Shown here piece by piece: positions 1 to 7,481 of a stretch of 7,975 bases of DNA. How positions within the stretch are numbered: position 1 is the first letter of the stretch; each line of letters opens with the position of its first letter. The notes under the pieces are model-generated. The model saw nothing but the letters and a program-made list of their open reading frames with translations, had not been told where the DNA came from and ran no database searches. The stretch comes from Octopus sinensis (lineage: Eukaryota): assembly GCF_006345805.1 (NCBI RefSeq), contig NW_021828565.1, positions 1-7,975 on the forward strand. The letters are read 5' to 3'. Both the position numbers and the translations under genes were made by a program.

Positions 1-143
1 CTAGGGGCCGTAGCCGTCCAATTATAGATTTTTATTAAATTGCAATGAGTCTAGTAACAAGCATGTATGCAAAGTTTCACGAAGATTTATTGACGGGTTT
101 AGACGACAACTTGACACAAACAAACAGAGATCCAAACAAACTG

Positions 144-144
<1 letters not shown>

Positions 145-211
<67 letters not shown>

Positions 212-234
212 GTGTGTGTGTTGTATGTGTGTGT
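145..234. repeat. (TG)n microsatellite with a few interruptions
   Basis: Direct reading; explains ORFs 22..261, 45..269, 77..289 and 146..544. Confidence 0.98.
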
Positions 235-237
235 ATT

Positions 238-527
238 CTTTTTTTCTTTTACTTGCTGCAATCATTTGACTGCGGCCATGCTGGAACACCGCCTTTCACC
301 AGGACTTATTCATTGTAAGCCTAGAAATTATTCTGTTGGACTCTTTTGCCGAACCGCTACCTTACGGGGACGTAAACACACCAGCATCGGTTGTCAAGCG
401 ATGGTTGGGGAACAAACCAAGACACACAAATATATACATACATACATATATATGTATATTTACGACGGGGTTCTTTCAGTTTCCGATATACTTACTAGGC
501 TTTGGTCGGTCCGAGGCTATAGAAGAA
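238..527 (-). mobile_element. 5'-truncated SINE body and 3' tail, lacking the tRNA head, with an internal TA/TACA microsatellite
   Basis: Minus strand reads TTCTTCTATAGCCTCGGACCGACCAAAGCC...GAAACTGAAAGAACCCCGTCG...CGCTTGACAACCGATGCTGGTGTGTTTACGTCCCCGTAAG...CCAGCATGGCCGCAGTCAAATGA...AAGTAAAAGAAAA. I recognise this as a very abundant octopus SINE. Recall only, not database-checked; no Pol III boxes remain. Confidence 0.75.
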
Positions 528-554
528 TATATATATATATTTAGCAGAAGTGAC

Positions 555-690
555 AAATTGACTCAAGGTCCGAGACTTTCGTGCATTGGCATTTATCAAA
601 CACACGAAACTCTTGCATCTTGAGTCACGCTGTTACTCTTGTTAAATATTAAAAAATATATACATAAACTCCTCATATTTTGAGTCAATC
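555..690. mobile_element. Possible old repeat fragment (Penelope-like terminal region?) containing an imperfect hairpin
   Basis: Inverted repeats TGACTCAAG (559-567)/CTTGAGTCA (619-627) and GAGACTTTCGTG (572-583)/CACGAAACTC (603-612), plus a degenerate hammerhead-like core on the minus strand. Family assignment is inference. Confidence 0.3.
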
Positions 691-1577
691 GTGAAAATTG
701 CTCCGCCACTTTCCCTTAACCGGGAAGGCAAGGCAGTGTTCATAGTACTGGTGGCCATGGTGAAAGAATGTGTGTGGGACTCGAGCGAAAGGTTTAGAGA
801 CAAACACTTTCCTCTCTGGTCAATCGCTCATCAACTTTTTCCAGTAACACTTGAAAAGGAAGGTGAGAATAGAGAGGGAAGTTTTGTTCCGTGAAAGTTT
901 TAATAAAAGGTGGGTGAATGTAGCCAAGATTGTACGTACGAATGACGTAACCACTTTGATCATGATCTTGTAAATCGAAAAAAGAGAGAGTGAACACTTT
1001 GCTCTCATTTGATTTTTCCCTCCCTGCCTGAGGTTACCGTGGTCTTTTCCGTAGGTTTTTCTTTCCAGGGATAAACCTAATCTGTTTTTTCTTTTATCGA
1101 TTTTTTTTTTAACACGATCCCTTTTGATCAGAAATTTATTTTCTCCTTTTTTGTCTATTTCCAAAAAGAAAAGCTGTACATTGCATTTTGTCCCCTCTAT
1201 GTTCGGCCCTTTGTGAAACTTATCTATCTATCTAGATTGGATGGCATCTCTCTAAGTGTAGACCTGTGAGTCAGAGAGAAGGAATTGGAAAGGCCACTTG
1301 CTCCTGAGGTTTCAGGGAAATCAGGGACAGTGGGGTTCCTCGACCATCTCTAGAGGCGTTCCTGTATCAGGAGGGCCACATCTCTATCATCCTCCCCACT
1401 CTTTTTCATATACCTTTGTATGCTATGCGTATGTCTGTTCTTTTCCAGAGTATTTGCTTTTAGTTTGCTTTTAATCATTTCATTATTACATGTAAACTCC
1501 AACACTTTATGTTTGTCTCTGTATTGTCCTCCGCATCCTTTGCCCTTGTGGTAAATAAATAAAATTATCATCTTCAG

Positions 1578-1578
<1 letters not shown>

Positions 1579-1651
<73 letters not shown>

Positions 1652-1686
1652 TTTTATTGTTATTATTATTATTATTATTATTTTTA

Positions 1687-1721
<35 letters not shown>

Positions 1722-1728
1722 GTTATTA

Positions 1729-1781
<53 letters not shown>
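1579..1781. repeat. (TAT)n trinucleotide microsatellite, about 200 bp
   Basis: Direct reading; produces the poly-L and poly-Y ORFs. Confidence 0.98.
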
Positions 1782-2232
1782 GCTGTCGTTATCCTTTCAA
1801 AAAGTTCCTCTTCTACCTTGCGTGAGCATAGCTAATAAAATGAATATATTTTGTTGTATCTTTTATTTTTATTTTATCATTTTTTTTCTTCTTCTTATAT
1901 TCATATCCCATGCGGTTTAAGGTTACAATTTTTGTCTTAGGCAGGGCTAGAAAAAACAAAACTACCGAGAGTGAAAGTAAAAATAAGAGATACTTTCGTG
2001 CAGAAATAAGAAAAGTGAGAAGTCGTGCCATGTTTTCAAAAAACCTTTTGTTTTTTCTACAAGTTGCAGTCAGTGTTGGTTGCTATTCTCAGGAACGTTC
2101 ACTCCTCTATGTTTACAGTTTAATAAGATTAGCTGCTGAGATTCAGTTCCAGACACGAATCCACACGAATATACGGTAAAACTGTGGCAATCACTGCATA
2201 TGATGTTCGGTGATATTTGTTTATTTTTTAAA

Positions 2233-2502
<270 letters not shown>

Positions 2503-2566
2503 CTCTATCTTGTTTGTCTTTTTATCTTCCTGGGTTTGTTTATCTAAATCCCAGTAGATCTCTCTC

Positions 2567-3002
2567 TTTCTTTCCATCTCTCTCTCTATATATATATATA
2601 TAGACACATATGTATATAGATGTGGGCGTATACGTCCATAGAGAGAGAGGGAGAGAGAGAGAAGAGGAGGAAGAGACAGAGATGAAGAGAGAGGTAGAGT
2701 GAGTGAAAGTGAGTGATGAGGGGCACATAGATGTGTATCCATGTATGGATATGCGTATGTGTTCGTTTGTGCGGGCGTGTGTGTGTGTGTGTGTAAGTGT
2801 GTCAGAGAAAGAGAGAGAGAGAGAGAAAGAGAGAGAGAGGGAGAGAGAGAGAGAGAGAGAAAGAGAATTTGTATGCGTGAGTATATATGTAAATATGTAT
2901 ATGTGTATTAGAGTATGTTCCTGTGAATCTATCTATCTTTCTATCTGTCTGTCTGGATGACTGGCTGGCTGGCTGGATGTATGTATATTTGTGTGTGTGT
3001 AT
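2567..3002. repeat. Mixed low-complexity tract: (TC), (TA), (GA), (TG) and CTGG runs, including a (GA)n block at about 2806-2863
   Basis: Direct reading. Confidence 0.9.
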
Positions 3003-3076
3003 ATCTATGCACTTAAATATTTATATACCTCCCTGTATCAATATCTGTCTTTAAATCTGTCTCTAAATTTCTGACC

Positions 3077-3083
<7 letters not shown>

Positions 3084-3118
<35 letters not shown>

Positions 3119-3125
3119 GTGTGTT

Positions 3126-3169
<44 letters not shown>
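3084..3169. repeat. (TG)n followed by (TA)n microsatellite
   Basis: Direct reading. Confidence 0.97.
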
Positions 3170-3172
<3 letters not shown>

Positions 3173-3573
3173 TCACACACACATGAAAAGTACATAAGAA
3201 ACATGGGAAGTACGACGTATAAAAAAAAAACAGAGATGTTTTTAACGTTTCGTAACGTGGTCCTTCTTCAGGAAGGAAAGAATGGAGAAAGAGAAAAATA
3301 ATGAGAGAAGGGGAGATAAAAAGAAAATGAAATGGAAATGTTGAAGGGTCGGAGATACATGCGTTTTCTACACCGTTGTTATTTATTCTGGAAAGTTATG
3401 CAAAAATAAGTTAGCGTGACTGAATGACTTTCAGTAGACAAATATTTCAAAAGGGGACAATCGGTGAGTTTAATGTGTGTTTGATAATTGCGTTTCTTAA
3501 AGATGGTTCCTTGTTCGTGTTAGTAGTGCGCGTGTGTATGTATTTATGCGAAAGTTGAAATTGCATATGAAAA

Positions 3574-3694
3574 CGAGTGGCTCAGTGGTTCGGGTATGCG
3601 ACTCACGATCGTAAAGTAGTGTGTTCGATTCCTCGCGGCGCGTTGTTTCCTCGAGCAACGCACTTTACGTAAGATTGTTCCAGTTCACCCATCC
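3574..3694 (+). mobile_element. Partial tRNA-derived SINE (head plus start of body)
   Basis: A-box TGGCTCAGTGG (3578-3588) and B-box GTTCGATTCC (3623-3632), then TTGTTTCCTCGAGCAACGCACTTTA; colinear with the copy starting at 3695. Confidence 0.8.
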
Positions 3695-4023
3695 GGCGTG
3701 GCTTGGTGGTTAGGGTGTTCGACTCACGGTGGTAAATTCGTGCGTTCGATTCCCGGCCTGCACGTTGTGTTCTTAAGCAACACACTTTATTTCACGTTGA
3801 TCTACTTCACTCAACTGCCAAAAAATGAGTAGCACCTGTATTTCAAAGGACCTGCCTTGTCATATTCTTTGGAACGCTGAATCTCCCTGAAAACTATGTT
3901 AAGGGTATGCGGGTCTGTGGAGTACTCAGCCACATGCACGTTAATTTCACGAACAAGTTGTACCGATGATTGGATCATCGGAAGCACTCGTCGCCGTAAC
4001 CGACGGAGTGCCAGTAAAAAGAA
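3695..4023 (+). mobile_element. Near full-length tRNA-derived SINE with a CORE-like central block
   Basis: A-box TGGCTTGGTGG (3699-3709), B-box GTTCGATTCC (3744-3753), GTGTTCTTAAGCAACACACTT resembling the CORE-type GTGTCCTTGRGCAAG-CACTT motif, 3' stem-loops at 3963-4011 and a short A-rich tail. Exact family name not assigned. Confidence 0.82.
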
Positions 4024-4269
4024 CGTGCATGTATGTTTATTGTCTGTGTGAGTATATATGTGAGTGTATAAAGTGCAGTAGTGAGGGTGTATATTTTGTA
4101 TATATGTTTGGTATGCAGATACACGAGACGACTCAGTACGTACTGTGTCTATTTACAGTAATCCCTCGCCATATCGCGGTTCACCTATCGCGGTTTATTA
4201 TCTAAGCTTACGTCGATCCCTCCGTGGTGTTGTTTTGCATTTATAATAAAATGAATATATACAAATTAC

Positions 4270-4285
4270 AATAATAATAATAATG

Positions 4286-4341
<56 letters not shown>
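4270..4341. repeat. (AAT)n microsatellite, left flank of nested element
   Basis: Direct reading. Confidence 0.97.
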
Positions 4342-4342
<1 letters not shown>

Positions 4343-4344
<2 letters not shown>

Positions 4345-4431
4345 GATGCAGTACCAATGCCCTGTTGCAGTACCAATGCCCTGATGCAGTACCAATGCCC
4401 TGATGCAGTACTATAAATTCCCTGATGCAGT
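4343..4431 (+). repeat. 19-bp minisatellite AATGCCCTGATGCAGTACC, five cores
   Basis: CTG(A/T)TGCAGT starts at 4343, 4362, 4381, 4400 and 4422 (periods 19, 19, 19, 22). Confidence 0.93.
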
Positions 4432-4957
4432 GGCTCTCATGGCTTCTCATCTTAACTGACTGGAAGTGTTATCATGTACATTGTTTTGTCTTGGTATAAA
4501 AGATGGGTTACAGCAAATATTCTGCTCAATACCACAGATTTGCTTGTCAGTTGTTTGACCTTAACCAGTTGAGCATGTCCCCTAGTGGCTGACGATATGT
4601 GCATCTCTGATCACGAGCAGAAGTAGTGAGGGAGCATCATAGCCATGTGTTGAGAGGGATTCTTTGGGGTTTGAATAATTCACCTCTGGAAACATGGGTG
4701 GTTCTTTCTACATTCTTAAACAACCCTTACACAGGGACCTTTTGAGCGGGATGGGTTACTCAACCTGAAGAAAATTCTAACTGGGCCCACCTGGTCATGT
4801 GCTATTTATCTTGATATGAGATCACCATGTCGCGCACATATGGTTGTGATGCATGTGCCTGGTGTAACCTTATCAGACGGGTAGTCATGATGGGTATATT
4901 GGGCTTCGTATATTTTACCCCAGTGTCACTTTGATGGCATGCACTGCTCTCTCACTC
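4343..4957 (+). mobile_element. About 600-bp non-coding interspersed repeat with (AAT)n tail, probably a non-LTR retroelement 3' region or non-autonomous derivative
   Basis: Complex sequence bracketed by (AAT)n on both sides, ending CTCTCTCACTC-(AAT)n after a short stem CAGTG (4921-4925)/CACTG (4942-4946). I recall this sequence as a high-copy octopus repeat (unverified). No ORF or Pol III boxes; orientation inferred from the tail. Confidence 0.6.
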
Positions 4958-4991
4958 AATAATAATAATGATATTAATAATAATAATAATA

Positions 4992-5039
<48 letters not shown>

Positions 5040-5060
5040 TAAAAATAATAATAATAAATA
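4958..5060. repeat. (AAT)n microsatellite / tail of nested element
   Basis: Direct reading. Confidence 0.97.
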
Positions 5061-5177
5061 TACAGTACAGTTTCTAATTCACGAATTTTCACCTATCGCG
5101 GTAGGTGGTTGGAACGTAACACCCGCGATAATCGAGGGAGTACTGTATATGTACGTTAAAAGTGCATAAACGTTTGT

Positions 5178-5368
5178 TATTTCTTTATTGCCCACAGGGG
5201 CTACACACAGAGGGGAGAAACAAGGACAGACAAAGGGATTAGGTCGATTACTTATTTAATCGACCCCGAAAGGATGAAAAGAAAAGTCGACCTCGGCGGA
5301 ATTTGAACTCAGAACGTAACGGTAGACGAAATACCGCTAAGCCTTTCGCCCGGCGTGCTAACGTTTCT
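5178..5368 (-). mobile_element. tRNA-SINE array unit 1 (191 bp; internal deletion of about 25 bp; A-box truncated)
   Basis: Colinear with units 2-5; B-box GAGTTCAAATTCC on the minus strand; lacks the ATCGACCCCAGTGTGTAACTGGTAC segment present in unit 5. Confidence 0.9.
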
Positions 5369-5610
5369 TATTTCTTTACTGCCCACAAGGAGCTAAACAG
5401 AGTGGCTAAACACAGTGGCTAAACACAGAGAGAACAAACAAGGACAGACAAACGGATTAAGTCCATTATATCGACCCAATGTGTAACTGGTACTTATTTA
5501 ATCGACCCCGAAAGGATGAAAGGAAAAGTCGACCTCGGCGGAATTTGAACTCAGAACGTAACGGCAGACGAAATACCGCTAAGCCTTTCGCCCGGCGTGC
5601 TAACGTTTCT
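5369..5610 (-). mobile_element. tRNA-SINE array unit 2 (242 bp)
   Basis: Nearly identical to unit 3 plus one extra 13-bp GGCTAAACACAGT-type repeat. Confidence 0.92.
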
Positions 5611-5839
5611 TATTTCTTTACTGCCCACAAGGGGCTAAACACAGTGGCTAAACACAGAGAGAACAAACAAGGACAGACAAACGGATTAAGTCCATTATAT
5701 CGACCCAATGTGTAACTGGTACTTATTTAATCGACCCCGAAAGGATGAAAGGAAAAGTCGACCTCGGCGGAATTTGAACTCAGAACGTAACGGCAGACGA
5801 AATACCGCTAAGCCTTTCGCCCGGCGTGCTAACGTTTCT
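5611..5839 (-). mobile_element. tRNA-SINE array unit 3 (229 bp)
   Basis: 229-bp period confirmed by identical ORFs at 5479 and 5708. Confidence 0.92.
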
Positions 5840-6034
5840 TATTTCTTTACTGCCCACAAGGGGCTAAACACAGTGGCTAAACACAGAGAGAACAAACAAG
5901 GACAGACAAACGGATTAAGTCCATTATATCGACCCAATGTGTAACTGGTACTTATTTAATCGACCCGAAAGGATGAAAAGAAAAGTCGACCTTGGCGGAA
6001 TTTGAACTCAGAACGTAACGGCAGACGAAATACC
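5840..6034 (-). mobile_element. tRNA-SINE array unit 4 (195 bp; more strongly 5'-truncated)
   Basis: Matches unit 3 up to GAAATACC, then joins unit 5. Confidence 0.9.
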
Positions 6035-6260
6035 TATTTCTTTACTACCCACAAGGGGCTAAACACAGAGGGGACAAACAAGGACAGACAAACGGATTAA
6101 GTCGATTACATCGACCCCAGTGTGTAACTGGTACTTAGTTTATCGACCCCGAAAGGATGAAAGGCAAAGTCGACCTCGGCGGCATTTGAACTCAGAACGT
6201 AACGACAGACGAAATACGGCTACGCATTTCGCCCGGCGTGCTAACGTTTCTGCCAGCTCG
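6035..6260 (-). mobile_element. tRNA-SINE array unit 5 (226 bp; most complete, retains A-box-like and B-box)
   Basis: Minus strand begins CGAGCTGGCAGAAACGTTAG (A-box-like), has GAGTTCAAATGCC (B-box, 6193-6181) and ends GGGTAGTAAAGAAATA. Recalled as an abundant octopus SINE (unverified). Confidence 0.9.
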
Positions 6261-6262
6261 TT

Positions 6263-6372
6263 TGTGTGTGTGTACGCACGCGCGCGCGCATGCGCACGTA
6301 TGCGTGTGCGTGTGTGCTTTCGCGCGCGCGTGTGTGTGTGCATGTGTGCTGCGTAGAGAGTGTGTGTGTGTG
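6263..6372. repeat. Alternating purine-pyrimidine tract (TG/CG/CA)
   Basis: Unbroken YR alternation at 6263-6317 and 6321-6349. Confidence 0.92.
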
Positions 6373-6759
6373 ACTTTTGGATGATAGGTTTTGTGTGAGC
6401 AGCGTGTATTTTGCTGTAAATTAGAAGTGGGATACGTTGTAATGTTGTGCGCTGTAAAGAGAGTGGCGTATGCTGGGAGATGTTTAGATAAACTGCGGTG
6501 GGAAATTAAGTCTGTGTAATGAAGTTCGAATAGGATACTTAACAAAGAATGCATTTGGTGACTTGTGTGTTTAATGTGTTTGCATGTGCTTTTGCATGTG
6601 TGTGTGTGTGTGTGTGTGTAAGTGTGCGTGCGCGCGCATGGGTGTTTATTTGTGAGTGTTTGTGTATTATCTTAAGTGTGATGCGTGTCGGAAGATGGTT
6701 ATAGAAATTGCAGTTGGGAATTAAGTCCTTAGGTTCTGTAAGATCTGTTTATTTATTCC

Positions 6760-7100
6760 CTACCTTTTTCTCTCTGTCTCTGTTTATCTGTCTGTCTCCC
6801 TGTCTCTGTTTGTCTGTCTGTTTGCTTGTCTCTCTCTCTCTTTCTCTCCCTCTCTCAATGTATGTCTGTGTGTGCCACGCATCCATTTCCAAGTAAATTT
6901 ATCTTTCTGATGCGACTCTACCCTATACTGTTCTCTCCCTCTGTCGTTTTCTCTCTCATCCTTTCTATAATTCCTTTTCTCTCCTTCACTGTTTGCTATC
7001 TGTCACTCTCTCCCTTCTTTCTCCTATACTCTCTCTCATTTCTCACACGTGATAATCATCCATCTTTCTTTTCTTCACTTGATCATCTTTCTTTTCTTTC
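6760..7100. repeat. Pyrimidine-rich low-complexity region (TC, TCTG, TTTC runs)
   Basis: Direct reading. Confidence 0.75.
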
Positions 7101-7417
7101 AGGGCTGTCCTAGAGGTTGGACGTATCCTATCTATCTCTTGTCTCTTTTCTCTTGTCCAAGAAAATATTTCTCCAGTGTTCGCTATTTTACCTTCGTCTG
7201 GTCTAACGACCCTCCATGTTTGTTTTCGTTCAGTTTCCTTGTATGCCTCCACTGTCCTCATTTTGTTACCAACTTTTACCCGCCATGAATTCCAAATTTT
7301 ATTTTGGCTCTTGTGGGAGCAACTGCCTTCGAAGACTCATATTGTCGTTCAATGCTCGAAATGAGGATACATAGGCAGCCGACAACTGATGAAGGTCGTT
7401 CTTTATGTTACTTGTCC

Positions 7418-7475
7418 TATATAATATATATAGATATATAGTATATATATAATATATATATATATATTATATATA
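7418..7475. repeat. Imperfect (TA)n tract next to the Tc1 insertion site
   Basis: Direct reading. Confidence 0.93.
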
Positions 7476-7481
7476 GTAATA

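Larger units (their letters stand above)
4156..5145. mobile_element. Non-autonomous or internally deleted Tc1/mariner-superfamily (pogo/Tigger-like) DNA transposon, 990 bp
   Basis: Left TIR CAGTAATCCCTCGCCATATCGCGG (4156-4179). Right TIR 5123-5145 reverse-complements to CAGTACTCCCTCGATTATCGCGG. TA at 4154-4155 and 5146-5147. Identical 15-mer TTCACCTATCGCGGT at 4180-4194 and 5088-5102. No transposase inside. Confidence 0.8.

Noticed and set aside
1-143. Helitron-like 3' fragment (AAAGTTTCACGAAGAT...ACAAACAAACAGA)
   Set aside because: Only a loose motif resemblance, truncated by the window edge, with no diagnostic terminal hairpin.
1910-2179. 89-aa ORF as a real exon or small gene
   Set aside because: No domain similarity that I recognise and no supporting splice or promoter structure; ORFs of this length are expected by chance.
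3574-3760. Functional tRNA genes
   Set aside because: A and B boxes are present, but I could not form an acceptor stem or cloverleaf, and the sequence continues into a SINE body.
4343-4431. CRISPR-like direct repeats
   Set aside because: The units are contiguous with no unique spacers, there are no cas genes, and the context is eukaryotic.
4589-4625. Hammerhead at CTGACGA...GAAG inside the nested element
   Set aside because: GAAG instead of GAAA, no stem II starting at the core, and no matching stem III.
5479-6356. Three near-identical 78-aa ORFs suggesting a tandem small-protein gene family
   Set aside because: They are antisense read-through of the SINE repeat units; the frame is lost in units 1 and 4.
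7043-7364. Penelope GIY-YIG C-terminal coding remnant on the minus strand
   Set aside because: A CSHK fragment is too weak a match to the C-terminal motif, and the frames are broken.
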